A stretch of DNA of 64,000 nucleotides from Octopus vulgaris (taxonomy: Eukaryota). The position numbers were made by a program, and so were the translations under genes. The DNA lies in assembly GCA_951406725.2 (NCBI GenBank), contig OX597814.1:44888001-44952000 (forward strand), in the 5' to 3' direction. The notes beneath the pieces are model-generated. The model did not search any database and was not told the DNA's origin. It saw nothing but the letters and a program-made list of their open reading frames with translations. Positions 1 to 12,439 of this stretch are shown here, piece by piece (the first letter of the stretch is position 1; each line of letters opens with the position of its first letter).

Positions 1-266
1 TTCCATCCACACTCCCATACACATGTATACCTATACGCTCACGCACTCATGTATATATATACATACACTCAGATACATAAACACGATCATATGCAAACAC
101 GCATACTCACACATATAGATAGATAGACAGACAGACAACTAGGCAGACTGACGATGCTATGTATAAAACCCAAAGGAAAGTGAATTCACCACATTTCATC
201 GAGACAAAATATTTGAAAAATATCTGAGACAAAGAGCTTATACAAATATATGAGTATGTGTATGTA

Positions 267-329
<63 letters not shown>

Positions 330-1244
330 GTGTATATATATATATGTGTGTGTATGTGTGTAAAAGGTATCTAGGTTTGTATATATAGATTGGCAGATAA
401 ATACATACATTCATACACACGTACATACGTATTCTAATATACAGATTTCCTTATTAAAATATTGCGTATTTACAAATTCGCTACCCATCTCTTGAACTAC
501 GAATATGTTTCAATTATATATATATAACACATGTAAATATACGTTGTATAAATATCAACTGTTTTGTCATAGTAGGATCCTTCAAATCTTTCTATGTCTA
601 CACATATATATATGTGTGTGTGTATGTTTTTATGTGCCTTTGTGAGTGTAGATGTGTGATTTTGTTTATGTGTCATATATAAGCCTGCACGTATGTGTAC
701 CTATGTGAATATGTTAACATATTTATAAAGTCATATGTTTCAATATATACATATTTTTTTATATATTTTCACATATGCAAATATATGACATCTTACAAAC
801 ACAACACCAGTATCTTATAATGAAATGCATAAGATATGTATACATCAGAATATAATATAGATTTTACACATTTTTAGATCTTAAAATGCAGATCAATACC
901 TTATTGGCTTCTTCCGAGACCAAACCGAACAATTACCATTTTGAGTTTTTCATAAAGGATGAACTAAAATTTGACAATGTATTTACACTTGACATTTATC
1001 TTCTTCCCAGGATTTCCTTTTCATATTACATTCTTTATCAAAGAACACACTCGAACACATACCTAATGAAGCAAAGACGTAGATATTTGTATTCGAACAA
1101 ATTCATGAGTACTCATAAACATATGGAAATAAACGTATGTATTTTCATCTAAATCTGTTTGTTTCGAAGTTTCGACTACAAGTACAAGCGTATGTAACAT
1201 TTACATACGCTTGTACTTGTAACACATATTATATATGTGTGTGT

Positions 1245-1326
<82 letters not shown>

Positions 1327-1379
1327 ATGTATGTATGTATTTATCGCCTCTTGAAATTGGATTATGCGAGTAACTCTCA

Positions 1380-2281
1380 TATTGGCTTTTGATGCTTAGT
1401 TGTGAATCTAGTCGGGTTAACGGTTCCTCATGAAGATAACATGGACGCCGCTCAAGCTCAAAAGACTGACCGCTATGTAAACCTCCTCGGGGAATGTGAA
1501 GACGCAGGCTAGCGGAGCATTTTCCAATCGAACTCGGATGTAGAGGATTTGTTGGACACAGTGTGAGGTGACTGTTGTTATTGTTAGGCCTAACTCATCG
1601 TAAACACCACCACGAATGATATTCAAACTACATTAGAAAAGGCCAGTCACTGGATTTGGTTAAAAAGAGACGATGAGCGATGGGTAGAAGAATACTGAGT
1701 TTTATTTGATAACCAGTTGATCTAGCAAGCAGGGCATAATATGAGTGAGGGGGTGGGGAGGTGTGCATTGATGCCGTCGGGAGGTAGGCCCCGAAACAGC
1801 GCACATTCTCTCCTGGTGACCCCATACGCTTGCTGGCTTCCAGAATGCGGAGCTTTCGACTGGCAGCACTCGCATGTGCAAGTTGTTTGCAGAACATATA
1901 TGCCCCAAAATCAATATGAAAGTTGCCTGCGTGATAACCATCGCAGTATCATGTGTTCTAACTCAACATTTACTGATACGTGAGGACAAATGTGACCTTT
2001 TGGTATCAATAGTGCTTCTGTCACTAATAGTCAATTTTTCATAAACCCACTGGCTGTTCTCTCCATCAGTGCCTGATTAAACATTGCAATTCTATATATA
2101 CGCCCAGTAAGGATATTGCCATTGCTACTAATTCCAACGCCTGAATGTCTACCATTGCCAAGGCCAGAGGAGGTTAAAATCCCGTGGTCTGATAATTTAG
2201 ACAGTGGTGATAATGGACATTTGTAAACAGGAGTGTTTATACGAAACAATAGTTAATATTAGATTTTCTGTAATGGTAAGT
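1380..2281 (+). other. Possible promoter/5'UTR first exon of a host gene ending in ATG|GTAAGT
   Basis: Non-repetitive, relatively GC/CpG-richer stretch with ATTGG (CCAAT) motifs near 1357-1385. ATG at 2273-2275 is directly followed by a consensus donor GTAAGT (2276-2281). No downstream coding exon identified. Confidence 0.3.
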
Positions 2282-2388
2282 ATCGTAGTATTATGTGTTC
2301 TAGCACATCAACATTGAAGTGGGGATAAATATAACTGTCACTAAATATTACATATATATATATATATATGCATGTATTTATGTATGTA

Positions 2389-2473
<85 letters not shown>

Positions 2474-4369
2474 GTGTGCGTATGTGTGTGTGTATGAGTG
2501 TTGATTTACCAGAAGCGATAAATTACAGGATTTAGCACAAATGTAGAGTATTCTTTAATACATTATAACTGAAAGGCCCCTATTTCTAGAAGATAGAGTT
2601 GCTAGTTTCTTTAATATGTATATTTTCATCGACAGGTTTTACATTTTGAGATTTGCGTAAGTTCCTCTTTAAACTGCAATTACGTTATATCTGTGATTTC
2701 CGGTTAAATAATGTCGCACTGCCTTTTTTATTATCTGGAATTTTTTATGGTTCAGACTTAGTCTCCTGAACTACGCGCAGTCTCCTGGACTATGAACAGT
2801 ATCCTGATTCAATGAATCAGACGATGATCATATCTGTACAATGAAGCTCTGTTCTTTCATCTCTGAGCGTATGGTTTTGGGAGAAAACTTGTACAATCAG
2901 AAATTAATGATGATTTTAACGTTATATGTGTTTAAAAGTTTTCTATGTTTGTGTGTCAGTGAAAAATGTTGTCTGGTTCTTCTATCGAGGTTGTATATAT
3001 GAAAAAACCACCACATCAAATAAAAATAAAAACCTGTTAGCAGAAGGTAATATCTAATATCCAGCTTAGATGTTACGATTAATATATTCAAAAACTTTCC
3101 AGCCTCCATAAAACAACAATTTCCAAGCATTTCAATAACTGTAATGTTAAAGGTAGCTATTCTTGCCATGAAGACATCGCCTTTCGCGTTACTCAATTCA
3201 GGTTACTCATTTCAGGTAAAAACATAGGCCTAAACAGCCAATTACTGCCGAAATCAGTAGGGTTTTTTAATCCTTTTTAACCCTTTTGTATCCTTTCTCT
3301 CTAAAACAATAATATATTGAACATCTTTAAGGCGTCCAAACGATACAGTTATGTAAACCGCGCTGAATAATCTTTGAAGGGTTGCTAAAATCACTATTTA
3401 TACACAAAAACTAAAGTAAGCTGAATATCCTTGTCTCATTTCATCTGGAATCTCGGGAACTAACGAACAAAATCTCACCAATGGCAAGATGCATCATTGC
3501 TAAAGCCCTTTTCGTGTTTCGGACATCAAAAACTACATCTTTTACCTAACTTTCCAGATATTAAGTTCCAGAATATAAAACAGCGAGCGATATAATTTAA
3601 CCAGAAATCAGGAATGTACTAATAGCAGTCATCGGACAGTATTCTCCTACATAGTTTTAAAGTTCTTGTGAGTCTGCAATATTAACGTTTATCTATATAA
3701 GTATATAACACCCAATTCTCACAGATGTTGCAGAGCAAGCCAAAAGTAAGCTTCTTTACATCGAAAAACTCTATATGTGTGTGGGTGTGTACATATATAT
3801 ATAATATACATATATCCATGAATGCATATATAATTTTATGCGTGTATGAGTGTTTTAATTTCAGGTTGTTATATAAAAGAAATTAAGCATAATAACTACA
3901 TTTACTCATAAGGCGATTTTAGTATAAAATCTTAGTCACCTTGTTTTAAAGTTTTGATGAGAGACATTCAAAAATAGCTGACTTACTCATTTAGAAACCA
4001 GGATAAACCAAACTTTGCAATTAGTTACATCGACGATCTAACTAACGAATATATTAAATATAAAACTGGCAATGAGAAATCTTTTCCAGACCAAGTTATT
4101 ACACAGGAAACAATATCATATACAACCTTTCTGCGAGGGAAAGTTTAGAAGCCTTATTCACCAAAGTTAATGTACTTAACAGAATTACCGAAAGAACATT
4201 TATTCATAATCCTTGTAAGACATATCAACACGTCGATCTTCTCAATTTCGTCAACCGGTAACACTTCTGTAATTCTAACTTAATTCCTTACAATTCCTGC
4301 AGTATTCCTCAACTTATTTGCATTTTTTGGACTTCATATTTTTCCATTCTTTCATTTACTCCATGACAA

Positions 4370-4955
4370 CCAGTACCACTAATACTATCATTTACAATAG
4401 CATTATCCTTCTAAACCTTATCATCTCCAGAAGCAGCATTATCATCATCACCAACAACATTAACAAAATGAAAAACAATATCCTCACATTATGCTCACTT
4501 TTATGATCCCTTTTTCCTCCTTATTTTTAATACTAATATCATGAACAATCGCATTATCACCTCCATAACTATTATACCTATCATCATCGCCATCAACATC
4601 CTTATCATCCTCGTCATCATCATCCCCACCACCACAATCATCGTCGCCATTAACTTCGTCAACAACACCAACATCACCCTACTCATACTTTACCACCCTC
4701 CTTGGTTTCATTCTAGTTTTATTGTGATCATTCTCAATACTGAAACGACAACCATCATCATCGCTATTATTATCATCACCCACAACATCATTACCATCAT
4801 CATAATCATCACCTTTTCGTCACGACTACAGTTACCATCATCAACATTATCTCTTTCATAATCATTCTCTTCTTCTTCTTCATCATTATTGTCATCATCA
4901 CCACATCACCACTACCATCATTCCTCACATCATCCCCATCATCATCACCACAATC
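4370..4955. repeat. Degenerate (CAT/CAC/CAA)n low-complexity tract
   Basis: Visible decayed trinucleotide repeat; produces the Ile/Met-rich spurious ORFs. Confidence 0.85.
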
Positions 4956-4971
4956 ACAGCTATTCCATATT

Positions 4972-5146
4972 TTGGTGTTGTCAGATAAATTCGTTCGTTT
5001 CGTTCCAATACCATTTGAATTAACACGGAAAATGTTGATAGTGTTTTATGGGGTTTTCTAGATCTATTCCTCCGCTCACTTTTGAAATTTCAATACATTT
5101 TACCTCTTTTCAGATATATGATGAACAAATTTATCTGACAACCCAA
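4972..5146. mobile_element. Short mariner-type MITE
   Basis: Inverted termini ttggtgttgtcagataaattcgttc (4972-4996) and gaacaaatttatctgacaacccaa (5123-5146). Confidence 0.6.
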
Positions 5147-6754
5147 AGGATACATGCCATTCTAAATATATTATGTTCTTCATATTCTTCTATTATAGTT
5201 CTACATATTACTCCATCACTATAACAATCACCGATAACTGCGCAAACAGAATTTCGTTTGCCAATAGGTATATTAGGAGCACAAGTATTCTTGTTATTCC
5301 TTGATGTGTTCTCTAACAAAAAAATTCGCGTTTTGTTGCGCTAGATTTTATGAAACATGTTAACACTCAAATTTTATACTTACAGTTCTTTATCGTAAGT
5401 GATTTTGACTTGTTCCTCTGAACAGATAATTCACAATGCTTGTCTATACATACTGCTACATATATATACATAAATGCCTCCATGTTATTTACTTATATAT
5501 ATATATATATATATATACATATATTCGTGGGTTCTCTTTCCTCAGTGTACAGCAGCTGGCATTCCTTTTGTATTTATAGTTATATTTATATTTCTCACTT
5601 CCTTGTTAAGTGCATCATTCTCTCTCATTTTCTTTCTTTTCACACCTCTTTTGTCAAAGTTATGTGAAGTTTCATTTTCCTTTGTTGCAGTTACGAGATA
5701 ATTGAACATTGTTTTATGCACTTCTTTTTCGCGTTTCTTGTCGATTTATCTAAGTGATTGTGTGTTCCCTACATGATATAGTAGGCGTTGTGTCGGTTTA
5801 CTTTGTTTTCACTACTTCTGTATATTGAAATTATTGCTTCGATTATTACCGTACTGTTGCTTCCGGTAGGTTGAATATTCGAACCGTTGAAAAATCGCTT
5901 TATCTCTACTGCAATTCATTAATTCAGAACGAATCTGCTTTGGCGTGTGATAATATAATTAGCGTAAACTCCGTGGAGCAATATCTTTTATCAAGGATAA
6001 TACCGAGGAGACCTTTATCCCATCACTGACAAAGTTATCTATATAGTACGAACTAACTGTACATTCGTTAACTATATACTCATTTAATTGCATAGAAATG
6101 CGCAATGTTAACACGCTTTGAGTGTTTTTGCACTTATAGATTGATCACGAAAGTTACGAGCTTACATGTCTATAACATGTGGAACTCCAAACGTGTGAAT
6201 ACGCGAACATTCGCCCTTTCTTCTGGCGATAAGGCACACGCTTCTCTTGAATACATGTAACTCTATTGCTATTACGTCCATGTCATCTTTCACTCATAAT
6301 GTTGTCGTAGTCATCTCACATTAGATATTTAGGACAGCATTATCAATTGTGCTTATCCTCCTTCAATTACATTTTAAGGAAGGTTACACAGATATTTTGA
6401 GCATGTCAAGACCACCTAGAGTAACTTGTTAAAAATGTGTAGCACATAGTTTATTATTGCCATTGTGTTCTTATCCTAGAATAGTAAATTGAATGAAAGG
6501 TAGAATGAATTTTTTTAAACAAAACAAAGAAATCTTTAAAATATAGGAAGTGATTAAATTTATAGCTGAACAGTAAGTAACAATCTTGAGAAGTACATGG
6601 AACAAATAAATGACAGTTTAGCATTATATTTCGAAGGTAATTTTCTACTAATATTCACCGCACTATCAGTAGCCTCCCCTTAACTGTACAAAAGTTGATA
6701 GCCGTATTGGTTGCTAGTACTCATCTTACTTTTATAGTTTATTTATATTTTATA

Positions 6755-7150
6755 CTAGCAGTATTGCCCGGCGTTGCTCGGGTTGTAAGGGAAATAACTA
6801 TATAAGCATTTTTAGAGAGTTATAGCCAAAAAATAGCCAAAAAATGCATTAAAAATTGAAAAAAAATTAAGGTAAATTTTTTTTTTAAATCGTTGACACA
6901 TCGTAGATATTTTTAGAGAGTTACTTCCTTTATATAAAAGCGAAAAAAATGCATTAAAATGGAAAAATATGATGGTAATTTTTTTTTAAATCGTAGACTC
7001 ATCGTAGACGCGCGCTAATACACAGAAGGGCTCAATATGAATCACGACTATAAGATACCCGCTTTTGGTTAAACTGCACCGCAAAATGTGGGAGTAGTTA
7101 CGAATCTAAATCGTAGGAGACAGACACACAACTTCACTCTTATATAAAGA
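6755..7150 (-). mobile_element. Non-autonomous Helitron
   Basis: On minus: 5' TC at 7150-7149, 3' hairpin cccg-agcaacgc-cggg (6767-6782), terminal CTAG (6755-6758), inserted between A and T. Internal ~105-bp imperfect tandem duplication at ~6800-7010. Confidence 0.75.
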
Positions 7151-7159
7151 TGCTTTTTT

Positions 7160-7477
7160 TTTCAGTCATAGAGTTAGATTTATGAAGGTCTTCAGTAGAA
7201 AATCCTTCGAATTCTGACTCGCTGCTTGATATAATGAAATTCGTATCCATTTTTTGTCATAATTACAAATTTTGAAAACACAATAGGAACAAATTTCGGA
7301 AAAAAATCTCCCATAATTCACGGAATTAAAATTATACTTCGATTTTTGTACAAAACTGTATTTGAAGTGTTTACGAAGTATAATACGCGTTTTCATGAAT
7401 GTACTAAAGAGATTTACTCTGATATTCTCATTTAAATATGAATAGGTAAATTCGGGCGGTTTGGTAACGAAAGGGTT
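7160..7477 (-). mobile_element. Possible piggyBac-like element end
   Basis: Terminus CCCTTTCGTTACC next to a TTAA-like site at ~7476; short acidic peptide MDTNFIISSSESEFEGFSTEDL on minus. Confidence 0.35.
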
Positions 7478-7721
7478 TATATAAGTGTCGTCTGTTTATA
7501 TATAAACACTGTTTCATACTTTCAGTTTAGTCTTCCTCAAATCACTCTATTTACTCTCTATTTACTCTCTTCCAAGAACATTTTCACTCACTCTTATCTG
7601 TTAGCTTGCCATACATTTTACTCATGTATCTATCAGCGTGATAGACAGAAACAAATATTACATCTAGTTTCACTTTATTCGTTGCACACTGTGTGTGTGC
7701 GTTTGCGTGTGCTGTAAACCA

Positions 7722-7934
7722 GACTAAGAAAAGCATTTGACATACACACCAGAATGTGAGTTTTCTGTAAATTTTGCTTAATTGGGGCTTAAATTTTAAA
7801 AACTGGACCTGGCATGACCCGATGCATTCTACTCTTAAAAATGCTAGGTAAATTGTAATTGAAGAAATCCTATATTGTAGATTTCTATAAGTTACAAAGG
7901 GAGGCAGATAAAATCTGCCTTTTATAATAAGAGA
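7722..7934 (-). mobile_element. Fragment of a second non-autonomous Helitron-like repeat
   Basis: Minus strand begins A|TCTCTTATTATA followed by a short hairpin ggcagat..atctgcc; 3' end not clear. Confidence 0.35.
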
Positions 7935-8499
7935 TTATGTTGAGATGGTGTAGAAGGGCATAAGCAGCCTCGTGCCACTTAAGGCATAGTCTTCTCCCTC
8001 ACACCATTTTATTTACTGGTGCGTTTTTCTTCTTTATTTACGAATACCCCTGTAACGGTCTTAACTTGCATTTGGTTCAAATATAACTGACCAATTGTAG
8101 AGATGGCAGGACTTTGGTCAGTTACATTACGAGCAAGAGGTGTTTGGTTTCTAGAATATTTCAGTAAGTACACCATTATAAAAACTCTACGGGTTTGGAT
8201 TTGGAAAAATATCAATTAGCTCTCTTTAAGTACTATTCGTTTTCTAGACATATTAGCGACACCTGATTTAACTTAGCACAAGTTTTATCCTACTACTATT
8301 TATACACTCTGAAACCCCTACATAAATTATTTCTCTAGCACATTGGCTAGTCCACACTTTTGAATATCGACTTCAAGCTTCGCAATGCAAAATGGTTTGA
8401 TTCTAATATATTGAACCTTCTGTCCTCTTCTCGAAGTCCTGTTCTGTCCTCTTACCTCTTCCCTTCGTTTATTTTATTTTATATATGTTTTTTTGTATT

Positions 8500-8700
8500 T
8501 GTATTCATTCTGATGAAGCTCTATGTACTAGATCGAATGTGCTATAAAGATGACGAATATTATTTTCAGAATTTTCTTTGTAAGCACCGATTGACATCAG
8601 CAGCCGAAACGGCCGTAAGAAGTGTTATTTAATGTTATGTTTTGTATTAAAAAATAATTAACCGATGTTAGTCAATTTGTTTGTTTGTTGGTCAAACGTT
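8500..8700 (+). ncRNA. Degenerate hammerhead ribozyme motif in a Penelope-type pLTR
   Basis: CTGATGA (8510-8516), AGCT...AGCC with long loop II, then GAAAC-GGCC-GTA (8606-8617) with palindromic stem III. Stem II closing pair mismatched; (TA)n follows. Confidence 0.55.
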
Positions 8701-9979
8701 TTCTCCATTTTCTGCTTATTTAAATTTGTGTATATATATATATATATATATATGTAAATATATATATATTAAAGATACAACAATCTTTTTGCATGTGCCT
8801 ATATATTAAATATCATTTCTATATATTTCTGGTAGATAACGTGATGTTTTGGCGCATCAGATCACTTTAGTTTATTCGAAAACCTGCGTGCTTTACGATA
8901 TTTGCATATAAATATTCAACATATCTCTAGTATTAAATTCAAATTTGATGCTTTGAATCACAATATCTATATTTATTTTCATTTGCTATCTTTACATTTA
9001 TTTTTCTATTTCCTATGAATATTTACAATGATTTATTTGGTTAAATTATAGTCTGTTTAGCCGTAAATATTATTTGCACGAAACGGGAGAAATGTTAGAA
9101 TTATCCTAAACAATTATGGGAGAAAAAATACAACAAAATGAGTATATCCGTTGTTATATAGTTATTTAAAATATATTTCTTAATAAAAATGACGAGGGAT
9201 TTCGATTCATATAATACCTTTCGAAAGGTCAATATCTCAGAAATGGGTTATTTAAAAATCTTCAGTTAAATGCTATTGTTTGGTAAAATTATAGATACAA
9301 AATATACAAAGAGACGGAAATATATTTGCATCGTGAAGAGCATGAGATGCACGTTCATTCAAATCGACATCGACGTTCTACCTATCAACTTTAAACCCAT
9401 TCTCATTAAGATTTTGGAAAGAAACACCATAACATCAATACACATGATATCGAACGAATATGCTTTAAATTTTTTTTATTTCTACAACAAATCCATAAGG
9501 GTGGAAGTATATCGGAGCAAAGGCATATGCGCTTCGTGGAGTATACATTCTAGATACACCAAAAATAAAATTCAAAGTCTAAAGCAAGATTATAAACAGA
9601 TTATGATGTTTCTGCCTACTCATATTATCCTAGAATAATTACCGATTAGAAGATTATTAACCACTTCGTCAAGAAAATACGTATGACTAAAACAAAATGG
9701 ACAAATATGTTGGATATCTGAACATTCATATTTTGAAACAAAATATAGATCAGAAAAATTCTGATGAGTGGTTTAACAATAGCAATAACAATATCAACAG
9801 CATAGAGGTTTGCACATGCACCTCAAAAAATGTCACGCCCAGTACGGAAATTTTAGTTATATCCAATGTCCAATAATAAAGAAGTGGTTGGCTGCGATGA
9901 AACGATAAATACTCCATATCTTCGCGCAAGTATTTTCCCATGGAAAAAGTTAGTATTAGTATACATGTGTTGACCAGAG

Positions 9980-10420
9980 AGAGAGGGTCCAGGCCGATGT
10001 TCAGGACAGTATCTGTCGAGTAAAGTAGCGCATATGTAATCGTTTGGTTGGTTTTCGAAATCGAAGATGAAACAAAGCGGCAAACAGCTGTTGGGAGATG
10101 CGTTCGCTTATAGGTTTGTACAGCAGTTCATTAACCCAGTGCATCACAAGACTGGCAGGAAGAAAGATTGTTTTAAGTTCAGACCACCTGATTCCTTAAT
10201 TGTCATCTATGCATTGCAATACGAGTGGGTGGTAAGAGGGTAGGAAATGATATATGATTAAAGGGAGTACCATGGATTGTCACAAAAATATAATCAATGT
10301 GGTTGGTGATGTAGGAAACAAAGACTATTTGTGACTCTTCTAGCAACACAAATTAGCATGTGGGATTTCTGTCCCCAGGAGATAGGATGATAGAGTGATA
10401 CTGAGAATGGCAAACAACAG
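9980..10420 (+). pseudogene. Highly degraded Gypsy-like integrase remnant (tentative)
   Basis: Across frameshifts, collinear resemblance to integrase motifs: GRKIVLSSDHL, GVPWIVT, FCPQ..MIE (cf. YHPQxDGxxER). Confidence 0.25.
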
Positions 10421-11169
10421 AAGAAGCAGTAAGAATTGCAGGTGCTGAACAGTACTGTTTCAACAGCACTATGAGTCAACATTTCCGAAATGACAGAGAA
10501 GATTGCTTCGTCCTCTGCCCCAGAATCGAAAAATGCCAAATGTCCCGCTCTAAACGATACCCTCCCAACTACTTGTGACGATGGGGAGAAAATAAAAGCT
10601 GGAGCGGTGTGACATACTATTGCGAAGAAAACGGTAAAAGGAAGGACAAGTAAGAGGAAAACAATGATGGGAACCAAAATATGCGTAAAACGCACAAAAG
10701 GGAACTCGTTCCTCAAGAGGGCATGGTCAGAGGGGAATGATATATAAAATACTGCCAAGCAATAAAATCTGGTCAAGACCTCATTAACGATTTGTCACAG
10801 CATGGAGCAGAAACTTAAAGAATAATTAATGACTTGTAGCATGATCAATGCATAAAATGCCAAAGGACCGAATTGTCTAGGAGAATTCAGTCCTAGTATA
10901 AGGAATAACAAGTGAACAGTCATGGGTTCGTCTATCTTAATCAGACGACTGGGTTTTCAACGTTGTGAGGGTTAGTCACCCAATTTGTGTCTTCATTGTA
11001 TAAATTATATTTCATTTTATTTTTAATCTGTCATTTATATAGTTTTATATTTATTGTGTTCTTTAATCCTTCACAAATTTCACTGTTTGTTGTTGAACAA
11101 CTTCATCGCATCTCTACATGTTTTTGTAGCCTGTGTGTTTTAACATATGTAATTATGAATATTAACACT

Positions 11170-11550
11170 TATGCCGCCGGGGTCGATAAAATAAGTACCA
11201 GTTGAACACTGTCGTCGATGTAATCGGTTTATCAACTCCCCACAAATTGCCAGCCGTGCGCCGACGTTTGAAACCAGTATCAAATATCGCTGGAAGGCGA
11301 AAATACTGTTAACACTTATGATTGTTGTTAGCTATTGTTGTCGTTGTAGTAAGGCGGTGGATTCGTAGAATCATTGCATATCTTTTCCGGCTCATTATGC
11401 TCTGAGTTCAAATGCTGTTGAAGGAATCTTTGCCTTTTATTCCTCTAGGGTGGATATAATAAAATACAAGTTATATATTGGGATCGATATTTTAGCGAAC
11501 TCCTCCCCTCCCCTAAAATGTTAGCTTTGTAAGTAACTTAGAAATTATTT
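11170..11550 (+). mobile_element. Two decayed SINE copies (Nin/Deu-like core)
   Basis: ggggtcgataaaataagtaccag core shared with copies at 15.9, 23.6, 28.6, 60.8 and 62.0 kb. Confidence 0.7.
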
Positions 11551-11639
11551 ATATTTTTAGCTGCTGACCTTTTCAATCATGGATTGTAACACACTTGAAC
11601 TTCATGAAAGAATCCATGTTTGCATTTACTGTCATGCAA

Positions 11640-12300
11640 GGGCGTATTTAAATACCTGGAGGTCTGCCCAAATAGGGGCTAGAAGAAAAATATTTTCGTT
11701 AGAGTTTTGTTAGAGTATTGGGGGTGAATTTCCACAAACTTTAAACACGAAAGAAAATTTTAATTTATCAGAAGATACTCCTTGAAATGGGAAATATTGT
11801 CACCTCTACAGAAAATAAGGCTTTCCTGGGGGCCCAACAGATATATTTGAAATAAAAACAACAGAGACAACACATTCATCCAAAATTTATGCAAGACAAA
11901 AGTAATGAATTTTTTAATATTAGCAATAAATCTTTTTGACGCTTACCCCTTCACGTATAACTTTCAGCACCTTTGGTAATGCAAAGAAAGAATATCCTAC
12001 TTTTATGAGATTAAATCAGGTTCAGTGAAGAGTAAAATAATTTTCTTTCAAAAGATGCAACGAAAATTAAGCAAATGTTGAACAGCTTAGCATTTTGCCA
12101 TCATTTTTCATGGAAGGACCAGGATATGAACATGAATACATTCAATGTAATTTTATTTATGTCAGAAATTTTATCTGCATAGTGTGTTCATTATCTTTAC
12201 ACATAATTAAAATGAACTGAAATAGAATCCAAATTGTTTCTAATCCAACTATCTCAATATTTGCATGATGTGGTTGCTAGGGTTTTCCATCAGAAAATTA
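11640..12300 (-). mobile_element. Possible hAT-type transposon remnant
   Basis: Minus translation AKLFNICLIFVASFERK..SSLNLI resembles the hAT C-terminal dimerisation motif (xxSAERSFS). Confidence 0.3.
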
Positions 12301-12439
12301 TTAAATTTAAAGCTTTATTGTTGCAAGGTTCCATTATCTGTGTTCTAAAGATTGGCGGTAATGTTGCTTACCCATGCTCATATATTGCTTTAAGTGGGAG
12401 ATCCGTGAAAGTGGAACTGATATTCTCTCAGCTGAAATA

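Noticed and set aside
2031-2249. 72-aa minus ORF with protein-like composition
   Set aside because: No recognisable homology or splice context; explained as GC-richer unique sequence.
5131-5319. Cys-containing minus ORF with acceptor-like start
   Set aside because: No recognisable domain; its stop lies inside a MITE TIR and no good donor site was found.
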